Source of the DNA: Lophium mytilinum
Lineage: Eukaryota
Reading direction: 5' to 3'
NCBI GenBank assembly: GCA_010093605.1
Contig: MU004199.1
Span: forward strand, 806,001 to 870,000
Length of the DNA stretch: 64,000 bases
Of the stretch, positions 21,872 to 35,959 are shown piece after piece; within the stretch, counting starts at the first letter, position 1, and each line of letters starts with the position of its first letter. Both the position numbers and the translations under genes were made by a program. The notes beneath the pieces are model-generated. The model was not told where the DNA came from. It made no database searches and saw only the letters and a list, made by a program, of their open reading frames with translations.

Positions 21872-23283
21872 TTTTGAGAACGATGAATGTGCGATGAATG
21901 GTATGAAGAGATGAGGAGAAAAGAAGCTGTCCCTGCGCGTACGGCAGGGACCTATTTAAGACCATACTTTCAAAGGCGCGAGGCTGGCACCCTCGAGTCC
22001 TTGAACATGAGCTGAAGTCTGCGCCCCTGGTAGATTGTACGGGAGGCTGGATGCAGCTCGGTAGTGGGACAGACTCGAAGGTTTTTCCTGAGCCTTATCT
22101 GGCTGTGGCTTGATCGAGACGTCCTGAAGAGAGAAACACGGCGCCGCCCAGGCTTCTTGATCTGCGCCATGAGTTTCCTGACTGGTCACCAGCGGAAGAG
22201 CAACACGGATGGCTGGTGCAGGAGGGATAGTGACAGGATCAGGTATGCAAGGCTGAAGTTTGAATCCCGCCTTGGCAATATTAGCATGCATGCAGATCAC
22301 GGGCGGAAGATCGAGCGGTAGGTCGTCGAGAGTTGATTGGCGCATAAAGTCTGCCCAGATGGTCGGTTCCGCTGCCACCCCGGTGCGTTCTGGCCCCTTT
22401 CTCCCAAATGCCTCTCGGCGCCTCTCGATCTCCACGCCTCGAATGGTTTTTTGAGTACAAGGGGCCTGATTCTGGACGAGGTATCAACTCTTCTGTGCAT
22501 ATCGATTCATTCGCCGACACCGAAACCATATGGTTTGTTGCTCTTCGCCGACATTTTCTTGGAAGCATTGCCATAGTGAAGCGACTTGCTAACTCACCCT
22601 TGGTAGTTCCCGAAGACAAAAGGGTTGGTAACGAGACTGCTAGAAAAAGAGACGATGGGTAAGAATATCTGCCGCTCACTCAATACGTCAATAATGTAGG
22701 GTGTAAGGCCGTCGCATACGATGGACACTTGTCTTCTACGCCTTCAATGCCAGGATCCTCTAGCAGTCTCAACATTGAGTAACATTTAAGATCAGCTGCT
22801 GTAGATGACGATTGATCTCGCGCAGCGCAGTATGGGCTCCATGCCGGCAAGGCGCTCCTTGTCCGATTTTTGAGCTTGATGAGCGTGTTTATGCCACTGA
22901 AAATTCTACACGCGCCGGACTTGATCATTGATAATGTCTCGATTCCAACACCAACCTGTCCATAAAAGAACATACTCGTCGTGAAATATTGAGAATCCAC
23001 CAGTCCATGGTTCGAGGTCCTTTTCCTAGGACAATCGATTGACAAGGCTGAGATCTAGGCCTTCCATTCAGCCGTGAGGTGGCGTCTGAAGGTTTCAATC
23101 GCGACACGAGAATGACACCACCTGCATAGACGCCTGCGTGGCAACAGATCCCTACCTCTGGGTTTGGTACTATCAAGTCGAAATGGAACTGAAAACGAAG
23201 GTTCTTCTGTATGGCAATAGACTTTATTACCACAAAGTCTCGAACAAATTACTCGAAAGAACTCTATGAACACCCTACGGACT

Positions 23284-24332
23284 TTATACGGCGGGTCTCG
23301 ACTCCTCTCGTAGTATTCCGACGTGAATCACGAAGCCTGAGTTTGCTTTCAGCGCATCAATTATTAGCTCATCTGGGACTCTCCAAACGTCGAATGACCA
23401 ATGGAAGGCTTTAAGCCATGACTCGAACACCTCGAAAGACCTGATTTGCTGGGCTACAATACAAATCGTTGGCTTTTGGGTCTTGCTGGTCGATCGAAGA
23501 CGACAGATCTGAGCACATGTAGTTACGAAAGGCTCTATAAGGGCGTCGTTGTAGATACAGTCGCATGCAATAAGCACATCGACACCAACAGGATCGTCCT
23601 GGTCGCCACTCGCTTGCTGTTGGCCTAGGAAGCGAGGAATAGTAGCGACCGAGTCCAGCTCCCAGTCTAAGAGAAGCGTCTCGATGTTTGAGATCGTATC
23701 GTCCTCCTTTAATCTGGTTGATTTAGCCTTCTTGGAGCTTTGTTTACGCTTAGTGTGAGGTATGGCTTTCTCGGGAAAGTTCTCAGCCAGGTTCTGCTTC
23801 AACAGCTTGAGCACGTAATCTTGATCTGTTGCCACGTATTTCTTGACCTGAGGTGCAAGTGAGAGAGCTACAATGCCTGCGACGCCGCAGCCTAGCTCGA
23901 GGATAATAGCCTCCGAGCTGAGGAACCCATACTTCGCAAGCACGTTGTTCGAAGCAATCCATTCAGCGAAGAGAGGCGTAACAGACCATACAACTAAGCT
24001 CGATGTTAGTATATCCAGAGGACGTGAAGAGCATGAAATTTGAGACGCAGACCTGCCCCCGTCGTGCCCTCTTTGCGGTTTGACGACAGCAGAGTAGGAG
24101 ACTGGTGAATAGAAAGGTCGCGGCCAGCAACCGTCAGCTCGAGCAACGTGGCCTTGGAACTGACGAAGCCTAGCGACCGAGAGGGTATGGCTTGTGAGAA
24201 GACAAGAAAGGCCTCTGGATTACTTTGGGCTTTAGTCAGGTGGTCACGAAACCCGCAGCATCCGGATGATGATTAGATACCTTCTTCGGGATCGGTCACT
24301 GGATCGCCCAGGGCTCCCAACAGTTCCTCCAT
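23284..24332 (-). CDS. protein-lysine N-methyltransferase family 16 (RKM5-like), 3 exons
   Basis: GTTGAVVW, ILELGCG, ATDQ, LDWE, ACDCIYN motifs; start MEELLGALGDPVTDPEE. Confidence 0.85.
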
Positions 24333-24914
24333 GGTAGGCTGCCGAGAGTTGTATACGAAGTCCCAACAAGACACTCTTTTGAGGCAGCAAATGGGGTGCG
24401 GAGAGCGAGAGGCTGTGTCGTTGGCAAGACTTTTGGCGCTTTGCTCGGCTTCACGTGGTCCGTGAAGTGTCTAGTATGTTAGACAATGTGCTGTCGATGT
24501 CGCCGTGTCCGAATCGAAGAAACAGATAGCACGTCGTCGACTCTGGGGTATAGATAGGTTGTACGACGGGGTGCGTGAGAGTCAGTGGTGTGGAGGCTCG
24601 ACCGACTTTCCCCAGACCAGGGTTGTCCGTGCCATCGTCATATGGGCGAGCTCGGACCTCACAGCGCGGGCAATCCAGCCAGCCAGCTCAAGAGTCGCCT
24701 CAACACCAAGACACGCCTCATCCACCACAGTGCCCCCTCAAGTGTCTCACTATCCTACTGCCTGTACGACGCTTCAGCTCGTCGCTCTCAATCACCCGCC
24801 CACTAGACCTCGCCGTCGCAGCTTCTCTCCTCGAGTCCCGCTCCGTCTGGTACCCACAGCAACCGCCCTCCTCCATCCCTCGACGCACTACCAGCGTTGT
24901 CGCAGGTCTCCATC

Positions 24915-27331
24915 ATGGTCGCCAACCCCAAGACTTATATGCCCTCGGCGAGAGCCATCAAGAGCGGCCCCTTCACCGTCGAAGCTCCCGGCTACGAGAA
25001 GGTCGAGGGCGAGACGATCCCGCGCCGAAATGTCAAGACCAAAGATGCGCTTAAGTTGCGCCCGCGAGAGGATGTTGCTACCATCTTCGATATCCTGAAG
25101 TACTCCTCTGCCAGCTTTGGAAATGCTAAAGCCATCGGCCACCGCACCATCATCGATACCCACGAAGAAACGAAGAAGATCAAGAAGATGGTCGATGGCA
25201 AGCAGCAAGAGGTCGACAAGAAGTGGACATACTTTGAACTCAGCGGTTACAAGTACATCAGCTTCGTTGAGTTCGAGAAGCAGGTCCTTGCGCTGGGATC
25301 TGGTCTGACGAAGCTGGGATTGACCAAGCAGGACCGCCTACACATTTTCGCAGCAACGAGGTAAGCTCCGAGGATGCCCATCATTATCAATATTTCGCAA
25401 TGCTAATCTTTCCCAGCCCGCAGTGGATCTCAATGGCACATGGTAATTATTCACGATGACCTCTGCGTAGCATAAGAACTGACATTTCGCCTTCAGCCGC
25501 CATATCGCAATCAATGGCCATAGTCACCGCCTACGACACTCTGGGAGAGGAGGGTCTGAAGCACTCGATGAAGCAAACACACGCCAAAGCCATCTTCTTA
25601 GACCCGACATTGCTACCGAAGCTTGTTAACCCGCTCAAAGAGGTCAAGGACATCGAAATCGTCATATATAGCACCGTCAACAAGGCCAATCAAAAGGACT
25701 TTGACACCTTGAAGAACGCTCACCCAGACCTAAAGTTCTTGAGCTTTGATGAGCTGCTGAAGCTTGGCGAGGAGAACCCCGTTGAGCCGACGCCACCTTC
25801 GGCTGACGATCTGTGTTGCATTATGTACACATCCGGATCAACGGGAACGCCAAAGGGTGTCAAGCTCAAGCACAGCAACGTGATTGCTGCCAGTAAGCAA
25901 AGTTCGGAAACATATGGTATGCAACACAGCTAACCACTATTAGTCGCTGGCGTGGATGTCATTGTTGGCGAGTATCTAGGCCCCGGCGACTCGCTGCTCA
26001 CATACCTACCTCTTGCCCATATCCTCGAATTCGTCTTCGAGAATGCTTGTTTATACTGGGGAGGAACCATGGGATACGGCACTATCAGGACTCTTTCAGA
26101 TGTTTCTGTGCGGAAATGCAAGGGCGATATTCGTGAGCTCAAGCCTACAATTCTCGTTGGTGTTCCACAAGTATGGGAGACCGTCAAGAAGGGCATTGAG
26201 TCCAAGGTCAATGCTGGGAGTGCCATCACTAAGAACCTCTTCTGGGGTGCTATGGCTGCAAAGGGCTTCCTTCTGGGATCTGGACTTCCAGGATCCGGCC
26301 TTCTCGATGCTGTTGTCTTCAACAAAGTGAAGGAAGCGACAGGAGGAAGACTGCGAATTTGCATGAACGGAGGTGGACCAGTCGCGAAGAGCACCCAGCG
26401 GTTCATCTCTCTAGCTATCACTCCCATGATTCTCGGCTATGGGCTGACAGAAACGAGCGCGTAAGTGAAGTTTATGAATTTCGAATTCAGAGTCTGACAA
26501 AATCTTAGAATGGGAGCTCTGATGGACCCGCTGTCGTGGACAGGAAGTGGTGCACTCGGCGAGATTCCCGGGTCTATTGAGATGAAACTGGTCGATTTCG
26601 CTGATGCGGGTTACTTCTCGACGAACAACCCTCCACAGGGAGAAATCTGGATACGAGGTGGAGGCCTGAGCGACGGCTACCTTGATCTCGAGGAAGAAAC
26701 CAAGGAATCTTATACCGCGGACGGCTGGTTCAAGACGGGCGACATTGGCGAGTGGGACGCCGATGGCAACATCAAGATCATCGACCGAAAGAAGAACTTG
26801 GTCAAGACTCTTGCCGGCGAGTACATCGCACTTGAGAAGGTAAAATGAAAAATCCCGGTTTAGTGACCACATGACTAACATGGATTTCAGCTCGAATCTA
26901 TATACCGCTCTTGCCCTGTTGTTGCCAACATCTGCGTTTACGCGGCTGACGACCAGATGAAGCCCATCTGTATCATTGTCCCTGCGGAACCTGCTCTCAA
27001 GAAGGTGGCGTCGGATGTCGGAGTAGAAGGTGACTCGCTAGAGGAGCTGGTGCACGACAAGAAGGTGAATGCGGCTGTTCTGAAGCAGCTGCAATCCACT
27101 GGACAGAAGGCAGGGCTAGCTGGGTTCGAGATTGTCGCTGGTGTAGTCCTTGCCGACGAGGAATGGACGCCGCAAAACGTAAGCTCCTTAGATGAGTATC
27201 GCGCTGAATAAAAATAATCATTCTAACTCCAATCACAGGGCTTGACCACCGCCGCCACCAAGCTCAACCGGAAAGGCATCTTGAACAAATACAAGAAGGA
27301 CGTCGACGAGGCGTATGGCTCTAGTGGCTAA
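24915..27331 (+). CDS. long-chain-fatty-acid--CoA ligase (FAA1-like), 7 exons
   Basis: IMYTSGSTGTPKG, YLPLAHI, GYGLTET, WFKTGDIG, IIDRKKNLVK; six GT-AG introns. Confidence 0.95.
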
Positions 27332-27891
27332 ATCTCCGCGCCCAGAAGATAGAATGGCAGGCATAGGTTTGGATTATCGTGTTTACGCGTTAACGTTGCT
27401 TCAGCGGAGTGATGGCTTCTGGGTCTCTTTTTCCTTGGTTTCTGTATGGTGTCAAGAGCAGGACCGCGTGGAGGAAAAGCCCATGATATGATGGAATTTG
27501 CAACACTTGTACTTTATGCAACCTCCCCCACCCCAAACCTCATTTGAGTATTTAGGTAGGATTGTTTAATAGCATGGATTTTACGTGATTGGTCTCTTGG
27601 GGAGTGGTGGTGGTGTATGGTGTTGTGGTTGTGTGTTTGGAACGCCGATGTCCTAACCACGGTAGGTCTTCTCGCTTCGAATCATGATATTGAACTTCTC
27701 TATATTGTCAGTGCCGCACTCTGTCTCTCAAAGCATAGCCTTCGTGCGCATATACCCCGCCAACCTCTTCATACCCTCTCAGCTCATCTTTTCCATTACG
27801 CACATCCCATACCTAACGAAAGACGAACCCCAACGAAGAACGCATTGCGACACTAATAATAATCCATAAGCTCTCCAGCCAAACTGCGCAC

Positions 27892-28221
27892 ATGCTCCCG
27901 CTCCCACCTTTCTTGGGCGCCTACCCAGCGCTTGCTACACTTCCACCCGCCACGCCCACCTTCAATATCAACGTTACTACTATCATCGCACTTTTACTAC
28001 CCAATGTAATCACGACCGTGCTACTTGTTGTTTTGGGCTTTATTCTGGTTCTCATCGCCGTGGTGCAGTTGTTCCGGTGTGTACGGGAGGCGAGGAGGGA
28101 GGGGAATAGAGATGTAGAGGTGGACTTGGAGGAGGGGGTGGAGTTAGAATGGTTCGAGCTTGAGGGGGTGGAGGGGGAGAGCGAGAGGGATATAGAGGGG
28201 GATGGGGAAGGGGGGAAATGA
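27892..28221 (+). CDS. possible small single-pass membrane protein with acidic tail
   Basis: 109-aa ATG ORF with a long hydrophobic stretch; the purine-rich tail may be compositional. Confidence 0.35.
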   Translation: MLPLPPFLGAYPALATLPPATPTFNINVTTIIALLLPNVITTVLLVVLGFILVLIAVVQLFRCVREARREGNRDVEVDLEEGVELEWFELEGVEGESERDIEGDGEGGK

Positions 28222-28380
28222 GGAGTGGGAGTTTCGGGGTAGACGAGGAAGAGGAAGAAACGATGTGAGGCCGGGGATGGTGATGATAGAGATGGAACCT
28301 CCGGGAGGGCTTCGGCGAGGTGTGCGGGCACCCAGAAAAATACCGAAGATACACCAATACGCAGTCAGAGTTTTCTACCT

Positions 28381-29742
28381 TTAGCATCCACATAGTGCCC
28401 AGTCCTCGCGCGGGATCTTCCTCCTGCCCTTTTCGATTACACGAAGTGGTGACACTAGGCTGAATCTTCCTGCTTGGGCTGAGCCCTTCTCTTCGCGAGA
28501 GGAGTCAAGCAGATCATCCCAAAACCATGTCTCCTCCCCTCTAGCGTCTGGGAGTCTTTTACGAGGCACTTCGTCCCGCAGTATCCTCGCCATAAAACCC
28601 TGCATTGCAAGAAGACACTCGGCAGCGTCGACGTTGACAGTGACGTGACCCGCACAGATGAGGACCCTGGGTCTAAGCTTCGGTGGCAAGGGTACCACAT
28701 CGATACTGCGCCACTCCTCTCCTATATCCGAGTGGACAAGAGACTCAAACGTGAGGCCATGAGTTGGAGGGCTACCGATTCCATCCTGCGCCGCGCCGGC
28801 CATTTTCTCCTCTTGATCTGCCACATCCGCCACATCTTCGACCTCCGCGTTCCTCTCTTCAACAAAGTCCAGCACCTTCGCCAAACTCGCCCACCAGTCG
28901 CAAAGCACCGATTCTTTCACCAAGATCACCGCGGCTCTAGGCTCTTCTCCCCAAGGCGTGTCTCGGGTTTCTTGACTTTCGGTCTCGTAGAGGCTATCAC
29001 CTACGCATAACAGTCGCGTCTCGGCGTCGAACCAGGACAGCGAGTCGGGTGTATGGCCCGGAGTGTGGAGAATCTGGATGTTGGTTTGCAGAGGCAAGCC
29101 ACCAAGTGGATCCTCGTAGGTCACGTACGAAAGATCTTTAGCCCACGTGATTCGGTACCAGGGGGCGCGGAGATTGAGACGGTCGCAGAGAGAGTGCCTT
29201 TGCAGCCTAGAATAGGGGCTTAGGAAATCTATGGAATTGGAGGACGCGAGCACGATTGTCGGTTGCTTTCTCGTAGGTTCGTGGGCGAGAGGAGGTTTGG
29301 AGGTGGTATCCACGCCATGTCGGTGGCTTGCAGAGACGGAAGAGGGAAGCGGGGGGTCAGCTTGTGGCAGATGTTCAATTCCGAGGATGTGATCATAGTG
29401 GCAATGTGTCGTGATGACCACATTTGGCATTCGGCTACCTGGATTGATGGTGTGCTCGAGGAACGTGCCGATGTTCCAGAACTTAGGCTGGGAGCTCTGG
29501 GAAGATGAAGAGGAGTAATGCGGGTTTGGGATATTAGTCCCGACGCCCGTGTCGCTGAGGACGATGATTGAGAATGTATCGGAGGAGCAGATTTTAGCGT
29601 AGATGTGCGGATGCTCACCGAAGTTGTCGTTCTCACGGATCAGGTACGCGGAAGGGTTGATGCGGCGGATGGTAAAGGGGCAGGATGGTGTGGAACGAGG
29701 CAATGGCAGTGTGGAAGGCGATGACCGCGTTCTGGAAGACAT
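28381..29742 (-). CDS. metallo-beta-lactamase-fold hydrolase
   Basis: SDTG, THCHYDH (HxHxDH), HTPGHT, VGD, AGH motifs. Confidence 0.88.
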   Translation of the reverse strand: MSSRTRSSPSTLPLPRSTPSCPFTIRRINPSAYLIRENDNFGEHPHIYAKICSSDTFSIIVLSDTGVGTNIPNPHYSSSSSQSSQPKFWNIGTFLEHTINPGSRMPNVVITTHCHYDHILGIEHLPQADPPLPSSVSASHRHGVDTTSKPPLAHEPTRKQPTIVLASSNSIDFLSPYSRLQRHSLCDRLNLRAPWYRITWAKDLSYVTYEDPLGGLPLQTNIQILHTPGHTPDSLSWFDAETRLLCVGDSLYETESQETRDTPWGEEPRAAVILVKESVLCDWWASLAKVLDFVEERNAEVEDVADVADQEEKMAGAAQDGIGSPPTHGLTFESLVHSDIGEEWRSIDVVPLPPKLRPRVLICAGHVTVNVDAAECLLAMQGFMARILRDEVPRKRLPDARGEETWFWDDLLDSSREEKGSAQAGRFSLVSPLRVIEKGRRKIPREDWALCGC

Positions 29743-30233
29743 CGTTGATTGGTTCTCGAACAAGATAGAAGGCACAGTCCTTATTCAAGTACTCTATATT
29801 TCATAAACACAAATGCAATCTTTAAAATTGCTCGTGAGTCATGATATGCCCGAAAGTCAACACTGCAAAGGGCTTGAACGTCCTGGTCTTCCTTACGTCA
29901 CCTTGTCGCCTAAGTCTAGCTTCGACTACTATCAGAGCATTCCGAGCCAGTCCAACGTTGATGTCAAGAAAGGAGGCCTCAAAATCAGGCCGTGGAAAAC
30001 CCTAATGCTCTAAAGCTACACGCATCTGTCGGAGGTCTCGTAAATGACCTTGTTTTCATCAGAAGTAAAAAAAGGAGAAACATGCCGATTTAGATAGAGT
30101 AACCAAGTCCGTCTTAACTCCGTCTGAAAGCGTCGGTCGCTTTTGGTCTAAACCTAAACGCAACCACCGTGCATCCTACCTCTCCACACCTCAAATGCTA
30201 TCCTCTTAGATACCCACTTCTGGTAGATACACC

Positions 30234-32131
30234 ATGAAAACCCCAAATCGAGCTTGCCGCACGTGTAAGCAGCGTCGCGTCAAAGTAAGGCTTCAAAGTG
30301 CACTAGCGTCTCAATACGCGGTACTCTACTAACTTCAACCCAGTGCGACGAGGCACAACCCGTATGCAATCGATGCCAAAAGGCAAACCTGGTATGCCAC
30401 AGTGCCGAGGAGCGCAAACTTATCTTCTTAGACGAAAACGAATACGCTATTGGCAAGCGGAAACGACCGCGTGGACCGAACACCAAGACGGCCGCAGTAT
30501 CAATCATTCGGGACACTTCCAGACCAAGAACCAAGCTCAACTCCCAAAACGTACCAGCCAAACCTTCTATTTCTTTACGAGACCCGAAAGATGTCGAAAA
30601 TGTAGTCTCAGTCCCAACGCCGCCGCCTGAATCACAGACGAGCTCCATACCCCTGGCCTTTACCACTCCCTTAACCGAGCAAGCCCTCACCTACTACTCT
30701 CGCTGCTACATCGAATCACCTCCGAATCTTCCTGAAATCGCCGATGGGCACCTATCCCGCGTGTTAGTCTCATCCTGCTTCTCGCGTCCACATTCAGTTC
30801 TCAGCCTCGCCATCGCCGCCGTCTCCCATGCGACTTTCGGGCGGGCACGTGAGAATCAGGTCGCCCTCGCTGTTGGCCGTAGCACGTACTCAAAAGCTTT
30901 GACGGCGACGAACCAGGCGCTACGAGATGTGGAAGGCGTGGTGCTGGACGAAGTATTGCTGGCGGTCATGCTGCTCAGCTTTTATGAGAACTCGGTTATG
31001 GAGAGGAGCCAGGCTAAAAAGACTGAGACGAGCTCTGATCTTATGAGGAACAGGCAAGGCGGCGAGATTCAAGATATAGCAGCGCGCAGTTTCGCGCACC
31101 ACAACGGCGCAATGGCCATGTTGAGTCTACGATGCCAATCAAGTCACCGTAAGGCGGAAAGTCTAGAGCTAGACAAGCTAGTTCGACGGCAGCTGCTGAG
31201 ATCGCTGCTATTGAGAAGTATGCCGGTTCCGCCTTGGCTGCGAGATGGAGAGAAGTTTGGAGAGTGTGGTATCGCGCTCGGGCTGGATGATTGCATGGTA
31301 AAATCGGCCACGCTACGTTATCAAACAAGCACCATCGCAGCGGACTACTTCGCCGGGCTTTCCTTGTTGGGCAGACACGAGGAGATGACGAGACTTCGAC
31401 GGCTGCTGGTGGAAGCCCAGACACTAGATGATCTATTGGTCCTCTGGTCGAACAGTCTACCGCCTGAGGACTGGTACACTACCTTTGCTATAGAAAGAGA
31501 TGGCATAGATGAAGCTGGCAATATGGTCTTTGACGGTATTGTTCACGTATACCCTACGGTAGGCCACGCGGGAATGTGGAACCGGTATCGTGCCCTACGA
31601 CTGACCGTCAACGACATCAAGCTCAAGATCCTCTCCCTTCTTGCTGGATTTCCAGAGATCAACACCGCGTCTCTAATAGGAGCAGTCCATCTAAGAATCC
31701 AGCATCTTGCCAACGAGCTTTGCGCCAGCGTCCCGTACATGCTTGGTCTACTTGAAAAAGGCCGAGAAACTGATGGCGTCGCTATTATCACATGCAAAGA
31801 CATGGGATCCCTTAAATGCGCTGTCAAAGGCGCCACGGTCTCGTTCCTTTGCTGGCCATTGACAATGGCAACTATGCTGTCAACAATACCAGCAAAGCAC
31901 CAGCGATATCTTCGAGAACGCCTGCTTGACGTGAGCGAGATCGTTGACGATGGTGTATTAGAACGAGTTGCTGCTGGCTTCTCCTCTCCATCGGACAGTT
32001 CCACGGAGACGGCTGCGTCAGCAACAGCGCCTCAAAATGTTGAAGTAGGCACGCGCAAAAGCTTCCCCTGGTCTGCTCAGCCTAGCACAGGATTCGATCT
32101 GCTGCCTGGTTTGTCGAATTGGACGACATAG
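30234..32131 (+). CDS. Zn(II)2Cys6 transcription factor, 2 exons
   Basis: ACRTCKQRRVK | intron 30285-30343 | CDEAQPVCNRCQKANLVC, followed by a fungal TF middle domain. Confidence 0.92.
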
Positions 32132-33357
32132 AAGCTCAAGCGATGACACTCCAGCAATTATTGATCCCGAAATGCAAGCAGTATGCATCGCAAAGATACA
32201 CATTGCTTCGCTATACCACAACGTCCCGCTCGTGTAGCGAGGTGACAAAGACTCGCCGTTGACTTATTAGAGCCAACAGGCGTCTTACGATAATGGTTAC
32301 CAATCGACTAAGAAACTCACCACTATTCAGTTCTGTAGCACTACTCTCGCCAGAACCACGGTACAGGCCGCTGAAGCGACAAGCTCAGCATTTACCTAGA
32401 GATAGACCACAAAATTTAGATATCATGTAACAACAAAAAACCCTCCTCTACATACTTCAACCCCATTCTAAACCTCCCAACACAGGAAAGGCCGAGACTA
32501 ACCTCACCGTTCGCCTTACACGCCACTTCACATGCTTCCCTATCTCCTCTAGTCCGACGACCTCTGCTATCTAACCCTCTTTCCTATGTCGGTATCCCAT
32601 CTCCGCCACCATCCCATCCCATCCTCTCCCCTCATCTGCCACATCCCTCTCCCTCATTTGTCGGATATTAAACCCACCACCCGCCACCCAACACCCACCA
32701 CATGCCTCCCCCCATCAACCCCAACCCCAAAATCTCCGATCCCAGCGCGCGCCCATGCCGCCCCCTGTCCGGCACTCAACCCCACCGCCACCACCGGCCC
32801 GTGCGCCACCCACTGCCGACAAGATGCCGTGAACAGCCTCACCTGCACCTGGCATCCCCAAGGCCAAGCGCCGCGCCGCCAACAGCGGCGATCGTCATCA
32901 GCACCTCGCAGCTTACAGATGCAGCGCCAGTGTGCCAGCCACCGCCCCGCACGATACGAGTCGCCGCGTGCTGATCCGGAAGGATTTCACGAGGCGCCGC
33001 GGCGGTCGTGACGGGGGAGGGGGTAAGATGACGACACGTGACGGAGCGAGTCCAGGGATCGACGGCCAACTTTTTTTTGGTTTACAGCGGTCGTCAGGGG
33101 GGCGGATTTGTGTTTGCGAGGTTCACGTTCGCGGTACGTAGACGGCGGTGGGAGTATCGTGGCACAGACTTGTTTAGGGTGTGCTGTAGAATAGCCCCAA
33201 GCCAAGAGCAGGCAGGGAATCCCGCGACAGATAATATGATTTGAGATATAAAACGCCCAAGATGACTTATCCTCTCTAATTTTCGCTGCGCTGCGCGGTT
33301 CAAACACCCTAACAAACTGTCATATCAGTACACAATACTCCGAGCCGCCTCCCGGCT

Positions 33358-35959
33358 CTATTGCACCCCATAGCCTCCCTCAAAACCCTCCGCTTCAATG
33401 TCCCACCCAAAATCCGGACTGCCGCCTGTGTAAATGAGCGCCTCATCTAGATTCATCGGCCCAGCCATGCTCGTGGGACTAATTTCAGACCCGGCCTCCA
33501 AACCGGAGACGCTGGGCGGCTTGTCTGGCGAGTCTCCGAGCGAGAGGCTGCTGAAGAGGCCTTTCATGTCGCGGAGGTCCTCGGAGATTTGGTCTTTGGG
33601 CTCCGTCGTGCGGTCGTGGCTGAACTCCTTGATGGAGCGCACGATGGGCGGGCAGCCTTCGTCGTTGGGGAACCACCATCTCGTCACGTCGATGCCCCAG
33701 TCGTCTGTCATGCGCGTGCGGTATGTGGCGGGGTAGATGTAGCTAGAAGCCGCACAGGTTCGGTCAGCAAAAACAGGATTCGGGATTCGGGAAACTTTTG
33801 TATCACGAGGTTGGTGTTCGGAAAGATGTATAACAGCGCATCTTAAGTTTCAGATGCGCCGGGGAGGTTGATTAAAGCGTTGCGGGGTGCGGAGTGGAGC
33901 AGGACAGGGAGCGGGAATGGAACAAGGGACCAAGGAAATTGCGACTACGTACCCAGAGGCTTCGATCTTGGCGAGCTTATGACGAAGCCAAGTAATATGT
34001 CTGTTGTCTTTCGGCAGAAAGAGAGTTGCGATCCCGAAACTGGCTTGTGCCTCTATGAGCGCGCCGGGCGGGGAGTGCGGATACAGTTCGATGGCTTCGA
34101 AGATCTGGCAGGTCTTGTAGGCTCTCGCGACGGTTTCTTCCGAGAACGGCAGGCGTAGAGCCATTGAAGTTTGCAGCTTAAACATTAGGTCTATAGCCCA
34201 GAAATCGAGCAGTAGGTAGTTTGTCGTCCAAAGCTCGCCACCTCTGATATTATTTGGAGCGTATGGGTCGACCGGATCTTCCGGATTGCGCGGTGGTGCT
34301 CCGGAGAAATCTGTAATGAAAGCATTAGGGTCTAGAAGTGCTGGATCGATGTCTTTTTCGTAGTTTTCGTAGCGGCTAGTTATCTCGGCGAATTGTGCGG
34401 CGAAATCTTCGTCCCCAACGACTCCTTTCCCCTTCTTCGCAAATAAGATGGCAGTGTCGGTTGCTAGGAGGCGAGAGTACGAGAATCGTTCTTCGTACTT
34501 CATGGTCAGATCATTCGGGGTATCGCGAAGGCGCTGTACGTAGTAGTCATGGCAAGCGTCAAACCAGTCTCGTCCTAGAACAGTTTCATGGTTGGATTGG
34601 AACCCCACGAAGAGGTCGAACCGTATGTACCAAAGAAGTGTCTTGCGTAGAGTTTCGCTCTGCATTATCGTTTGTGGAGAGTATAGTTTAGTCAAAATTT
34701 GAAACGCAGCCTTTTGGTGTCCCATGAGATTTATCCAGTCTCCTAGCAGCTCCTATGTCTAACATCAGCAGGCATTTTAGCATTGCTAGGAGAGTAGATT
34801 ACCTCAATGCTAGCAAGCTGCAGGATGGTTAATAGAGTCGCTAGTCCGTGTTTCCTATTCTTCAAGATAGACTGCCGGAGCAAAGAAACAGACTTGTTGT
34901 AGTACTTCAGAAAGTTATCAAGCTTGCCGTCTGGTTTCGTAAGAGTATGGTAATACGCAGCAAACCCAACAACGGCGTACAGCAACGGCTCATTCTTCAC
35001 CGCTATTTCTAGAAACGTCGTCTTGAGGAAAGCCTCGTGGTCTCGCTTGAAGCAATAATGGTGGTGAGACATTTTAGTGCGGTGGAAGTTCAGATAGAAC
35101 TTGACATCCTGGGGTAGCTCTGGCCAGGGACGATTCGATGCTGCTTGTTTTGCTGCCTGCATGCTAGCCGAGCGAGAAAGTGATGGTCGAGACGTGGGAA
35201 CTGTAATGGTCGTCGATCCCTCTGTCGATGGTGACGGGCTCCGATCATGAGTTAGTGAGGGCGTATCTGAAGGTTCTCGAAGTGACTGAGTCGTCGATCT
35301 GCGACTCAAAGGGTACATATCTGGAAGGCGGCCTTCGCCATCTTCGTCGTCATCTGGAATTGGTGGCAGCAGTTCCTTCGGGTCGTGATCGTACTCTTCC
35401 CCCGAGGACCCATTCTCTTCGGGCGAAGACTTGGATTTAGTCCCGCTTCGACTTGACTTTGACGAGGTCGAGGGCTCCGGATACACACAATCTCTGTTTC
35501 CCTTTCGACAGCCTATGACAGACAGTGGTCAGCAAAGCATCGGTACTCTGTGTCTGAGAAGCACGTACGTTCGCAGATGGGATGCATCTCATCACACTGT
35601 CATGTCGATCGTCAGCCTGGCCGACGGGTAAATTTGCTCAAACATACCTTGACCCGCCTGTTCCTACAGGTATAGCAGCCGCTTCGCGTTCTGCGATGCT
35701 TGACATGCTCGCCGGTCTGAGTAGAGCGTCGCCTCGCACGCGCACTGCCTGGCACAGAAGGCATCTCTAGCGCCCGGGGGTCATCCTCGTAGGCCACGTA
35801 GGTCTGATGAAGGTGTTCGTTGGACAGCTGTGGCTGCATGTGGTGCAGGCCATGCTGATAGCCATCCTGGGAGTTTACGGGAGGGACATTGCCAGGAACG
35901 AGCGGGTTTATACTATAATACTGCGGCAGATTGGGGTTCTGCTGGTAATAGCCGTCCAT
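33358..35959 (-). CDS. Zn(II)2Cys6 transcription factor with a fungal-specific C-terminal domain, about 5 exons
   Basis: RTRSGCYTCRNRRVK/CDEMHPICE/CRKGNRDCVYP split by introns; EPLLYAVVGFAAY, WYIRFD; preceded by more than 2 kb of GC-rich upstream sequence. Confidence 0.9.

Noticed and set aside
21929..21951. 8-bp hairpin GTCCCTGC...GCAGGGAC upstream of the membrane-protein gene
   Set aside because: Too short to distinguish from chance
21956..23273. Short minus-strand ORFs as a gene or pseudogene
   Set aside because: Could not assemble a consistent spliced model or find any motif
32400..33350. ORFs in a C-rich tract
   Set aside because: Low complexity; most likely the 3' UTR region between two convergent transcription-factor genes
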